The translations under genes were made by a program, and so were the position numbers. This document shows, one piece after another, positions 19,558-28,738 of a stretch of DNA of 64,000 nucleotides. The notes under the pieces were generated by a model. The model was not told the DNA's origin. It did not search any database and was given only the letters and a program-made list of their open reading frames with translations. Each line of letters opens with the position of its first letter. The first letter of the stretch is position 1. The DNA is from Gloeobacterales cyanobacterium (lineage in GTDB: Bacteria > Cyanobacteriota > Cyanobacteriia > Gloeobacterales > PMM-0068), in assembly GCA_038245785.1 (NCBI GenBank), contig JBBRSB010000014.1:38728-102727 (forward strand), read 5' to 3'.

Positions 19558-21384
19558 CTAGCTAGGACTACTCCCTTGGGGATCTAAGGAAGGCTGCGGC
19601 GGTTCCGATGGACTATCCACCGGACTAATCCAGCGACCATCCGGTAGGCTGCTCAGCCTTTCTTCCAGACTGCCGGGACGACCAATGGTTACACCGTTCC
19701 AGAAAAGTTCTACCACTTCCACTTCTCCCGTGCCAGCTGGTAGCGGTTCTAGAGGACCCATACTCTCAATCGTTTGTACGGCCAACGCAGAGTTTTCTGG
19801 AGACGTGGTGCTGTTCTCTTGGAGGGCCTCCGCTGAGACAATATCCCCCGAGGAAGCAATGCGATAGCGGACTACGGTGTACTGGTCAGGCTTGGTATTG
19901 TCGAAGTACAAATCGTGATACAGACGAATCCGATAGGATAAGTAATCACTGTAGGAACGAGGAACTCCTGCTTTTCGCTGGGCTTTCTTCGGGGCTTGCT
20001 GTTTAGCCACTGTACCCTTATCGTCGAGGGATTTCTGAGCCAAGACCGAGGGCCTTTCTTTTACGTTTTTGGCATCTTTGCCGTCTTTTCTTCCTTCCGG
20101 TTTCTTCTCGTGGCCATTAAGGGTCTCAGGGGCTGTAACAAGATCAAATTCAATGCCTCCAGGCTGTCCACCACCACTCTTACCTTGAAGAATCGGGACC
20201 AAGACCAAAAGAACCAGTAGCGCCAGGTGACTTAAGTAAGAGCCGGAGATAGACTGAACCGTTTTTCTGCGGGACTCTGGAGGCTTTAGATAGTCGAACT
20301 GTTGCAGTTTAGCGGTACGGTACGCATCCCAAATTCCATATAGCCAGAAGGCCCCACTGAGACCTCCAATCAACCAAAGGACAGGGGATTCTGTGAGGCT
20401 AGCAACGAACTTCAGGGGCTCTTTACCCAGGGATAGGCCCCAGGATTCAAGCAGAATGAGCATGCCTAGCGGAAAGCTGAGGAGCAGCCAGGTAAAAACA
20501 AACAGAAAGGCATTGACAAAACCGACCCCGAACAAAAATCCGCCTTTCTGCCATTCTTTGTTGTAGGCTTGTCCCCCGCCTGGAATGACAGAAAAAAGCG
20601 CAGCCAAAACTGGGTTGCGGGGAGTCATCGCAGGAGACACCCAAGCTGGAGCAGGCGCCGGTATCGTTCCTCCCCAAGTGGGAGAAATCGCTCGACTCTT
20701 TTGGCATAGACGAAAACCAAGCCAGGCAAACCAGCCTAAGAAAATACACAGTCCCCATTCCGCGAACGGATTGGTTTGAAAGGCTAAAAAATCATAAAAA
20801 CCGTGGGCCAGGGTTGCCCAGAACAGTCCCTGCAGCAGAAATCCCCAAGAAGCTTTTTTCCCTTCGTCAACTTCTAGAATCCTCGCTTTCCCGAGATACC
20901 ATCCCAACAGTACACCGAGCAAACCATGCATCGGGACTGCCGTAACTGCTCTTAGCAGAGCGGTATTCAGGCCATTTTCCAGGACGTAGTAGATATTCTC
21001 AATCGCCCCAAAACTTAATCCAACGGTGCCTGCATAGAGCACGCCATCATAGGGCTCTTTAAATTGTTTATTGGGCCAGATAAGCGCTCTAAACATTAGA
21101 TACTTAGCGCCTTCTTCCACTAAACCTACGGCGAGGAACGTAAAGACAGCGAGCATCCCCAGGTTGGTGATTCCCCAGGGTTTCACCGTGAGCGCTGTTT
21201 CTAGCCAGTAGGCAATGAAGGCGGCCCCCAGCCCTCCAAGGATGGCGAGGGCGATGCTTTGCAGAGACCGGGGCAGTATCCAGCGACGCTTTTCGAAGCG
21301 CACGGCCAAAGCTGCCATCAAGACCAAGGCCGGGGCCAGTGCTGCGGCAATCAGAAAGTAGGTTTGGGGGACGGGTGGGTTCAT
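19558..21384 (-). CDS. PrsW-family intramembrane protease fused to a membrane domain and a TonB/TolA-like C-terminal domain
   Basis: VEEGAK, FGAIENIYY, AVPMHG and HGFYD PrsW motifs; RNPVLAALFSVIPGGGQAYN; C-terminal YSDYLSYRIR...VRYRIASSGDI...ALAVQTIESMGPLEPLP. Confidence 0.8.
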   Translation of the reverse strand: MNPPVPQTYFLIAAALAPALVLMAALAVRFEKRRWILPRSLQSIALAILGGLGAAFIAYWLETALTVKPWGITNLGMLAVFTFLAVGLVEEGAKYLMFRALIWPNKQFKEPYDGVLYAGTVGLSFGAIENIYYVLENGLNTALLRAVTAVPMHGLLGVLLGWYLGKARILEVDEGKKASWGFLLQGLFWATLAHGFYDFLAFQTNPFAEWGLCIFLGWFAWLGFRLCQKSRAISPTWGGTIPAPAPAWVSPAMTPRNPVLAALFSVIPGGGQAYNKEWQKGGFLFGVGFVNAFLFVFTWLLLSFPLGMLILLESWGLSLGKEPLKFVASLTESPVLWLIGGLSGAFWLYGIWDAYRTAKLQQFDYLKPPESRRKTVQSISGSYLSHLALLVLLVLVPILQGKSGGGQPGGIEFDLVTAPETLNGHEKKPEGRKDGKDAKNVKERPSVLAQKSLDDKGTVAKQQAPKKAQRKAGVPRSYSDYLSYRIRLYHDLYFDNTKPDQYTVVRYRIASSGDIVSAEALQENSTTSPENSALAVQTIESMGPLEPLPAGTGEVEVVELFWNGVTIGRPGSLEERLSSLPDGRWISPVDSPSEPPQPSLDPQGSSPS

Positions 21385-21619
21385 AAAGCGTGTTTTAGAA
21401 AAGCACGGGGTGATCTAATAAACCGAGTAATCCCAGTTTGCCCATTGTAAGGGATGGAGATTCTACGTTCCCTGGTAAACTCTATATGCCCACTTGGGTG
21501 GGTTCTATATCTCGTTATGAAATTTGAAGGTCAAGAGCATAGGCATGTTCCTGAAACAACCTTACTTTTCGACTTCAAAGTCTTCTATGCTCACCCTCCA
21601 GCGATAAGGAAAAGAGAAC

Positions 21620-22348
21620 TTGCGTAGCATCGTCATTGCCGGAAATTGGAAAATGTATAAAATCCGCGCCCAGACACAGGAATACTTAGCAGCGTTTCTG
21701 CCACTTATCCAAAATCGTCCGACCGATCGCAATGTAGTGCTATGCAGTCCCTATACCAGTCTTGAAACCCTGGCTACAGGCATAGGCAGTCAGAAGATTG
21801 GGGTCGGCGCTCAAAACCTGCACTGGGAGAAAGAGGGCGCCTTCACCGGAGAAATTTCAGCTTCCATGCTTCAGGAACTGAACGTTACCCATGTGGTGAT
21901 TGGTCACAGTGAACGCCGAGAATATTTTGGAGAAACAAATCAGACTGTTTTAAAGCGCACCCAGGCTGCTTTAGTGGCTGGTTTAGTTCCGATTGTTTGT
22001 GTTGGTGAATCCAAAGCCCAACGGGATAGCAACGAGACGGAAGCCTTTATCTTTCAGCAGTTGGATGAAGGACTGGCGGGAGTCAATCTAGACAAGGTAG
22101 TCATCGCCTATGAACCAATTTGGGCGATTGGCACAGGCGAAACCTGTGAATCAGAAGAAGCAAACCGTGTCATTGGCTTGATTCGTCAAAGAATCAAGGG
22201 TGAGCAGGTTCCTATTCTCTATGGCGGGTCTGTAAAGCCAAATAATATTGATGAGCTGATGGCTCAATCAGAGATCGATGGTGCTTTGGTTGGTGGCGCT
22301 AGTTTAGAAGCTGAGAGTTTTGCGCGGATTGTTAACTACATAGTTTGA
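21620..22348 (+). CDS. tpiA: Triosephosphate isomerase
   Basis: AGNWKM, GAFTGEIS, GHSERR, AYEPIWAIGTG, LYGGSV, LVGGASL. Confidence 0.97.
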   Translation: MRSIVIAGNWKMYKIRAQTQEYLAAFLPLIQNRPTDRNVVLCSPYTSLETLATGIGSQKIGVGAQNLHWEKEGAFTGEISASMLQELNVTHVVIGHSERREYFGETNQTVLKRTQAALVAGLVPIVCVGESKAQRDSNETEAFIFQQLDEGLAGVNLDKVVIAYEPIWAIGTGETCESEEANRVIGLIRQRIKGEQVPILYGGSVKPNNIDELMAQSEIDGALVGGASLEAESFARIVNYIV

Positions 22349-22368
22349 GTGGATCCCCCTTTGCGTAG

Positions 22369-22514
22369 GGCTATGATGTGCATAGATCTTGGAATCGCCC
22401 CCCTGCCCCCCAATTCTGGGGGGTTCTGACTCAAAGTCCCCCAAAGTTGGGGGATTTAGGGGGCGGTTCAGACGAAGATTCGAGTTGGTTCCAACTTGTG
22501 TGTACATCGTAGCC
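22369..22514. mobile_element. MITE-like element carrying a G/C-run palindromic repeat
   Basis: TIRs GGCTATGATGTGCATAGA / GGCTACGATGTACACACA (14/18); interior CCCCCTGCCCCCCAATTCTGGGGGG...GTCCCCCAAAGTTGGGGGATTTAGGGGGC. Confidence 0.7.
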
Positions 22515-22634
22515 TTGATAAGGGGGGAATGCAGAGAGTATGAAAATTCAAACAGCATACTTCCGATAACGTTCCCTTAAACAAGCACCTTTACATTGTG
22601 TTCGTTGCCTGAATCTAGGTATAGACATATTGTT

Positions 22635-24890
22635 ATGCAAAATAAACTAAAGTGTGGTGTGCCTTCTCATGCTTCCGCTCAATTTTCAGTGCCAAAAATA
22701 GTGGAACAAGCGGGTTCAATGAAAGCAGGTCTCTCCGCGCTTTTGATGGCACTTTCTCTGAATATATTTGCAGTTGCCAACCCAACACTTGCACAAGAAA
22801 AACCGAACACGACCCATCCGAAAGTAATCTTAATTTCTCTAGATGGTGCAACGCCACGACTATTGAATCAATATTTGGAAGATGGCTCTATTCCTCAAAA
22901 TGAAGGATTAGGACTCTTGAAAAATAAGGGAGTAGTGGCAGACCAAAATATAACCTGTAGTCCCTCCCTCACTGCTGCTTGCCATATTGCTATTGGGACA
23001 GGTTCGACTTCTGCTCGTAATGATATTAATGCTAATAGCTTTCATCTTGTGGCTAGCCCTTTCAATCAAAATATCAGTGGTTTTGCTGCTCCTATTGGTG
23101 GCTATACCTTTGATATTCATGGCCCAGCGGAGAGTGCGGAGCCCACATCGAATCCACTTTGGTTAGCGTTACATGCTCAGGGCAAGAAAGTGATTGCGGC
23201 TACCTTTCCCGGAGCCGATGGTATAGATGTTCAAGTTCCAGGATTAGCCAATAGCCCAATCATCCAAGGAGCTGCTCGGCGGACCGTAGACTATACGGTG
23301 CCCTTTGGCACATTTGGGGGTGCGGGGGCTAAAGGATTTAGCCTGACCAATACTGACTTTAATACGGCACCAGAGACTACTACAACTCAGCTCAATAGCA
23401 TTGGGAAAACCTCCTTTAGCCCAGTTCTCCAGAAGACTTCACCGCTCGATAGCTTCGCCATCAGTGGAGTAAACTACACTATCCAAGTGGCGGCTCTGGA
23501 TACAACGAACGATGGGCAGGCAAACTACGATACTTTAGCTTTCTTTGATACTAATCAGGGAATCAAAGGAGGGCCTGTTACGCTTCCTTCCACAGGTTCT
23601 GCTTTTGTCAAGGCTGGTGAAGAAGTTTCTAAACCTTTCTATTTAGAAGAAAGCACTAATCGCGTAGGCACAGGATTTTATGTAAGTACATTCTCCCCTG
23701 ATCTTACTAAGGTCAATATTGCTCGCTATTCAGCTAATTTTATTCCTCGTCCTTCTACCATCCTTAAGGATGTAGATGATATTAATAACAACGTCGGGTT
23801 TTGGGCTCCGCAGCCGGATTTTCGAATTACAGAAAAACTCAGCCCAGGCTTTGACCGTTTCTCTGATAGAGAATTGGAAGATATCTACGAAGATCAGGTG
23901 CGGACGTTTGTTGACTATCAGACACGGGTAGGTTTGCGGGCAATCCAACAGAATCCTGATGCAGACCTCGCCATGCTTTATATCGAGCAACCAGATGGTT
24001 CTGGACATCAGTTTTTGATTTCCGATCCGCGCCAAGCAACCAATCCCTTAGACCCTTTATCGATCCGGGACCATCAAGACCCAGCTAAAGTAGGGCGTTA
24101 TCAAGGCTATGTGCGCACAGCCTATCAAGTAGCCAGTCAGGCGGTACAAAAAATCATTCAAGAGGTGGGTACTAACGCTGAAGGAGTTCCCAATAGCAAT
24201 ATCTTTGTTGTCTCCGACCACGGTTTTGCTCCTTTCCACACAGCCGTTAGTATAAATAACCTCTTAAAAAATAGTGGAATTGCTGAGCTGGCTGACTCTA
24301 ACAAAGTGCGCGCTGTAGTTTCTGGGCCTGCGGTAAATATCTACATCAACCTGCAAGGCAGAGAACCGAATGGTACAGTGACTCGCGCTGAATATGTAAC
24401 GCTGAAAAAAGAGATTGCCCGTGTCTTGAGAAATTCAGCCGATAGTAACCCAAACTACACCTTGGGCAATGCATCTACAAAACTCTTTGACAAGGTTTAT
24501 AGTCGGCCTGTGCCTGATTCGTTAACCGATCCTTCCTTTGGTTTGGGCATCAGTAGTTTTATTGGTCAAGATTCAGGTGATATTTTTGCAATTATGAGCT
24601 TAGGATACAACTTTGATGGTACTCAGACGCCTGTAGTTCAACGGTTGGGGGATGCTACCTCCACGAATCCAATTTTTTCTGTTCCTAATTTTTACGGGGC
24701 CCACGGCTACGATCCCAAATTGCCAGAAATGAGTGCCATTTTCTATGCAGCTGGCCCAGATATTGGACATGGGACACTCAATAAAGTCCGCAATATTGAC
24801 GTTGCTCCAACGATTAGCCATCTTTTGGGAGTCCAGCCTGCTGCTACGGTACAGGGGCGTTCTCTACTCAAAAAATTGCGTTTCCGCTAA
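22635..24890 (+). CDS. Secreted alkaline-phosphatase-superfamily nucleotide pyrophosphatase/phosphodiesterase
   Basis: VILISLDG, PSLTAACH, PDGSGH, VVSDHGF, GAHGYD, RNIDVAPT; signal peptide after alternative start 22719. Confidence 0.85.
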   Translation: MQNKLKCGVPSHASAQFSVPKIVEQAGSMKAGLSALLMALSLNIFAVANPTLAQEKPNTTHPKVILISLDGATPRLLNQYLEDGSIPQNEGLGLLKNKGVVADQNITCSPSLTAACHIAIGTGSTSARNDINANSFHLVASPFNQNISGFAAPIGGYTFDIHGPAESAEPTSNPLWLALHAQGKKVIAATFPGADGIDVQVPGLANSPIIQGAARRTVDYTVPFGTFGGAGAKGFSLTNTDFNTAPETTTTQLNSIGKTSFSPVLQKTSPLDSFAISGVNYTIQVAALDTTNDGQANYDTLAFFDTNQGIKGGPVTLPSTGSAFVKAGEEVSKPFYLEESTNRVGTGFYVSTFSPDLTKVNIARYSANFIPRPSTILKDVDDINNNVGFWAPQPDFRITEKLSPGFDRFSDRELEDIYEDQVRTFVDYQTRVGLRAIQQNPDADLAMLYIEQPDGSGHQFLISDPRQATNPLDPLSIRDHQDPAKVGRYQGYVRTAYQVASQAVQKIIQEVGTNAEGVPNSNIFVVSDHGFAPFHTAVSINNLLKNSGIAELADSNKVRAVVSGPAVNIYINLQGREPNGTVTRAEYVTLKKEIARVLRNSADSNPNYTLGNASTKLFDKVYSRPVPDSLTDPSFGLGISSFIGQDSGDIFAIMSLGYNFDGTQTPVVQRLGDATSTNPIFSVPNFYGAHGYDPKLPEMSAIFYAAGPDIGHGTLNKVRNIDVAPTISHLLGVQPAATVQGRSLLKKLRFR

Positions 24891-25015
24891 GGCAAAAACC
24901 TGCATTTTTACAGAATGCGATTCCTGCAACTAAAGTTTATGTTGGTCTTTGCTGTCCTAGGCTTTTAGAATTTCAGTAGACCTGAATTCTTATTTACGCC
25001 TGGGAGTCATATCTA

Positions 25016-26323
25016 TTGAAAGACTGGGGCAAACGGCTCATTCTGATAACACTCCTATTGTCACTGCCTGCCTGTACCAATGCGCTCCAGAATGGGGAGA
25101 AAGTGACGGCGACCACCTCTAACACAGAGGACCTTCCTTTGGTGGATGTGGCCATTGCCCGCACAGGCTCCCTGGGCCGAGTACAGGAATATGTGGGTAC
25201 GACCCTACCGCTGCAGGAAGCCACGATGCGGGTTCAGGTTGCAGGACAGCTAAAAAGTTTGGCTGTGGATGTAGGAGACCAAGTGAAGAAAGGTCAACCC
25301 CTCGCCAGCATCGATACCAATTTATTAAGGGCCGAGGTAGACCGAGCGCAAGGCGAACTTGCGTCTCGCCAGGCGGATGTCTCTAGTGCGCAGAATCAGC
25401 GTGATAATGCCCAGTTCCGTTTAGAAGAAGTTCGTGTAGATTTGCAACAGGCGCAGGCCGAAGCTGAGCGCGTTCAGCAGCTCGAAGCAGAAGGAGCGAT
25501 TTCTTTCCAAGAGGCTGAACGAGTCCGAAGAGTGCTGAAGCAAGCGGAGCAAGCCTTTAAGGTGGCTCAGAAACAGGTGCAAGTGGAGGTGCGCGCCCTA
25601 GAAGTAGCCCAAACTCGGGTTGCTACCCAAAAAGCGCTAGTGACTCAGGAGCGAGAACGGATATCTTCCACGACGCTTGTAGCTCCGATGACAGGCACAG
25701 TAATGGAGCGTGGCATTGCTCCGGGGAACTTACTCAGACCAGGAGATATGATCCTCAAGCTGGGGGATTTTAGTAAGGTCAGAGTATTGGCCCAAGTCTC
25801 AGAGCTAGCCCTCCCTAAAATTCGCATCGGTCAGGTCGTTCAGATTAGCCTAGATGCCTTTCCCTCAGAGTCCCTTACGGGTACCGTCAGTCGCATTTCA
25901 CCCTCCACAGACCCCAAGGCTCGTTTAGCCCCTGTAGAAGTGATGATTGCGAATGCTCAAGGCAAAATTGGCAGTGGACTTTTGGCAAGAGTCCGTTTTA
26001 CGAAACCGAGCGCAAAGGTAATTGTGCCGGAAGAAGCGCTCCGCGAACAGCCGGGAGCATCGCCTGCGATTTTGGTGGTCACAGAAGATCCCGCAACCGT
26101 TGCCTTGCATTTAGTGAAATTGGGTGCGCGGGCAGATGGGCAGGTAGAAGTACTTTCTGGTCTGAAAGCAGGAGAATCCTTTGTCGTACGCAGTGCTCAA
26201 CCGATCAAAGATGGAGACCGAGTGCGCTTAAATATGCCCGAGGGTACCGAAGAACAAAAAGCTTCTCCCGTTAATAGTGAGGATGCCCCAAGGGTTCCGA
26301 GTCGAAAAGGAGAGCGAGACTAA
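25016..26323 (+). CDS. Efflux RND/ABC periplasmic adaptor (membrane fusion protein)
   Basis: Lipobox LPAC; VDVGDQVKKGQPLA; long coiled coil; APMTGTV. Confidence 0.9.
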   Translation: MKDWGKRLILITLLLSLPACTNALQNGEKVTATTSNTEDLPLVDVAIARTGSLGRVQEYVGTTLPLQEATMRVQVAGQLKSLAVDVGDQVKKGQPLASIDTNLLRAEVDRAQGELASRQADVSSAQNQRDNAQFRLEEVRVDLQQAQAEAERVQQLEAEGAISFQEAERVRRVLKQAEQAFKVAQKQVQVEVRALEVAQTRVATQKALVTQERERISSTTLVAPMTGTVMERGIAPGNLLRPGDMILKLGDFSKVRVLAQVSELALPKIRIGQVVQISLDAFPSESLTGTVSRISPSTDPKARLAPVEVMIANAQGKIGSGLLARVRFTKPSAKVIVPEEALREQPGASPAILVVTEDPATVALHLVKLGARADGQVEVLSGLKAGESFVVRSAQPIKDGDRVRLNMPEGTEEQKASPVNSEDAPRVPSRKGERD

Positions 26324-26331
26324 GAGGTAAT

Positions 26332-26814
26332 TTAACTACTGGTGAAATCGCTGGGGCTAACCGAGTCCAGAAAATCTTTAAAGGCTGCTTGTTCAGCTAC
26401 ATCCGCTTCCTGGTCCACGGACATAGACACTTCAGAAATCACTTCTTCCATTGCCCAGATAGGAGCATTGAGGCGTAGGGCTAGAGCAATAGCATCGCTG
26501 GGGCGTGCATCTATTTCTTTTTTTACATCGCCTTTTCGGGTAACGATGACGGCATAGAAGGTTTGATCCTTGAGGCTATGGATGACAATTTTTTCGACTT
26601 CGACACCCCAAGTCTCAATAAAATTAGCCAAAAGATCATGGGTCATCGGACGGGGCATTTTCCGCCCCTCCAGAGCGTGGAGGATAGCGCTAGCTTCCGC
26701 TTTTCCAATCCAGATAGGGATAGCTCTACGGTCATTTAGATCACGGAGGACTACGACCGGAGTGTGGTCAGCAGCATGGATAGCGATCCCAGCCACCTTC
26801 ATTTCCACCGCCAT
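26332..26814 (-). CDS. Bifunctional nuclease (DUF151) family protein
   Basis: IPIWIG..EA, PRPMTHDL, DARPSDAIALALR. Confidence 0.93.
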   Translation of the reverse strand: MAVEMKVAGIAIHAADHTPVVVLRDLNDRRAIPIWIGKAEASAILHALEGRKMPRPMTHDLLANFIETWGVEVEKIVIHSLKDQTFYAVIVTRKGDVKKEIDARPSDAIALALRLNAPIWAMEEVISEVSMSVDQEADVAEQAAFKDFLDSVSPSDFTSS

Positions 26815-26874
26815 ATCAGTGCCTTGCTTCAGATATTTCTACCCTATAGAGTACCCTGCACGGGACGCTTGAAC

Positions 26875-27957
26875 TTATCCCCTACACACAATTTCTTGAT
26901 AGGCTCGGTCCACCTCTTGAGCCCAAGCATTTTGGGAGAAGTCTTGGAGCGCGGCATAGATCATCAGTCCCCCTGCACCGACCCCTTCTTTGACATAACC
27001 CTGCTCATAGGCCCGCAAACCTTTATAGGCAGAATCATGGAGTTGATATTCCGTCGTCATCAAGGGAACAGCCCCAATCTGAGCAGCCAATCCTTCCGTA
27101 TCCCCTGAACGGTCATCGGCAACCCAGCGGGTGGTTCCAACGATTACCTGTTCGGGTTGCCAGGTCTTTTGCTGTTCTAAAGCTAGCTTTTGGCAGATCG
27201 CGGCTACGGCCAACATCTGGGTGCCTCCAGCCAAAATCACCGGACCAAAGAGGCTGGCCCCCATGGCGACTCCCGCTGCCAGGGGCTGCATCGGGTCGCC
27301 TAGAGCAGCGAGAACCTCCCAGACAGAAGCGTTAGCGGAAAGATGGGCAAGGCCCTGTTGGACTAAGGCTTCCTTTTGCTGATGGTTGCACTGACGGTGG
27401 GAACTGTTGACGCGTCCCAGAGCTTGAATTCCCAAACCGAGCATGACCGCCAGCGCTGTTGTAGTGCCTCCAGCGACACACTCTCCAACAATTAGCCCTT
27501 GTCCTGCCTGCCCATGCTGCTGTCCCCAGGCATAACCCTGGTCCCAGAGGTCTTGTACCGTTGAGATTTCAAGGGCTTGGCCGGTACTGAGACAGCGGGC
27601 GGGACTATTCCCGATCTCAATCATTGGCAGATCAGAAGACTGACTCAGCCCTCCGTTTAAAACCATGGTTTCTAGCCCAAAGTAATCGAGGATTCCCTTG
27701 CTCAGAACGACCGGAGAGGGAAATCCTTCAGGAGCCGTCGGTAATCGGGAAGAATAGCCCTTTAGTAACACTTCGGCATCAGCGATTGCCGTAAATCGAC
27801 GAGCTTCTGGTGTGACTCCTGCGGCAGAAATCCCAGGAATAAGACAGGTTTCCGTAAATCCGACGACACAACAAAAAATCGGCTTTTTGCCGGACCATAG
27901 CACTTTAAGTTGTTCCGTCTGATTGAGCGCTGAAGGACTATAAATAAGCCGAATCAT
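26875..27957 (-). CDS. cobT: Nicotinate-mononucleotide-dependent phosphoribosyltransferase (cyanobacterial CobT type)
   Basis: TETCLIPGISAAG, GECVAGGTTTA, LAGGTQM, YEQGYVKEGVGAGG; ATGA overlap with the upstream gene. Confidence 0.9.
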   Translation of the reverse strand: MIRLIYSPSALNQTEQLKVLWSGKKPIFCCVVGFTETCLIPGISAAGVTPEARRFTAIADAEVLLKGYSSRLPTAPEGFPSPVVLSKGILDYFGLETMVLNGGLSQSSDLPMIEIGNSPARCLSTGQALEISTVQDLWDQGYAWGQQHGQAGQGLIVGECVAGGTTTALAVMLGLGIQALGRVNSSHRQCNHQQKEALVQQGLAHLSANASVWEVLAALGDPMQPLAAGVAMGASLFGPVILAGGTQMLAVAAICQKLALEQQKTWQPEQVIVGTTRWVADDRSGDTEGLAAQIGAVPLMTTEYQLHDSAYKGLRAYEQGYVKEGVGAGGLMIYAALQDFSQNAWAQEVDRAYQEIVCRG

Positions 27958-28655
27958 GGTAAAAACCTCTGCCACCGAGATTCTAACCAAAGAGGTGCCA
28001 ACGCGGTGTCATACCCTAGTCTTTTCAAACTAAAACGGGCCACCACATGCACCACCAGCATATATACAAGCTGCCCGACTAAACTACTGACTAAAAAGAG
28101 AAGCCAAACTTGCCATACCGAGAGTTTGATATACATTCCAAACCACTGGCTACCCCATTGCACGCCGTTGACGACTTGGTGGGCCAACCATACAAACCAG
28201 TTCTCTCCCAAGACCACAGAAAGCAAGGCATAGCGAAAAATTTCGCCCAGGGTCATCAGTACAGCGCCCAATGGAATGGTGATTCCCCAAGACCAACCTC
28301 GACGCCAAGCCCAGGCCAGAAAAAGACTGACCACGCCAAAGGGAATCAGATAGCGGATGCTGCGGGTAGGTCCGAGAAAGACGGTCAGCAGAAGCGTAGA
28401 AACCGTGACTACCAAACCTGCCGTTCTTGGATTCCAACGTAGAGATGCGAGCAATACGGGCAATACAATCACAACGCTGAGAAACGGGCCTGTAGTGAAG
28501 AATAAGTCCGCGAGCCAAACCAGTACGATCACACTCGCTAGGAAAGCAGACTCCACCAAGCGCAGCGGGCCTGAGTCTGTTTTGCTGCTGTACTGTATCG
28601 GTGTTTTTGAAAATTTGTCCACTCTGCCATTATCTCCTGATGAGTCGATACTCAA
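27954..28655 (-). CDS. DUF2232 membrane protein
   Basis: LVESAFLAS, LGPTRSI..LIPFG; multiple TM helices; start uncertain. Confidence 0.8.
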   Translation of the reverse strand: MSIDSSGDNGRVDKFSKTPIQYSSKTDSGPLRLVESAFLASVIVLVWLADLFFTTGPFLSVVIVLPVLLASLRWNPRTAGLVVTVSTLLLTVFLGPTRSIRYLIPFGVVSLFLAWAWRRGWSWGITIPLGAVLMTLGEIFRYALLSVVLGENWFVWLAHQVVNGVQWGSQWFGMYIKLSVWQVWLLFLVSSLVGQLVYMLVVHVVARFSLKRLGYDTALAPLWLESRWQRFLP

Positions 28656-28738
28656 GCGGTCAAGAAGGCAGTACCTGCAGTACCTTAGGAATAGAAAGCG
28701 TTATCCGCTATGTTCTTGTTGCCGTAAGAGAGGACCCC

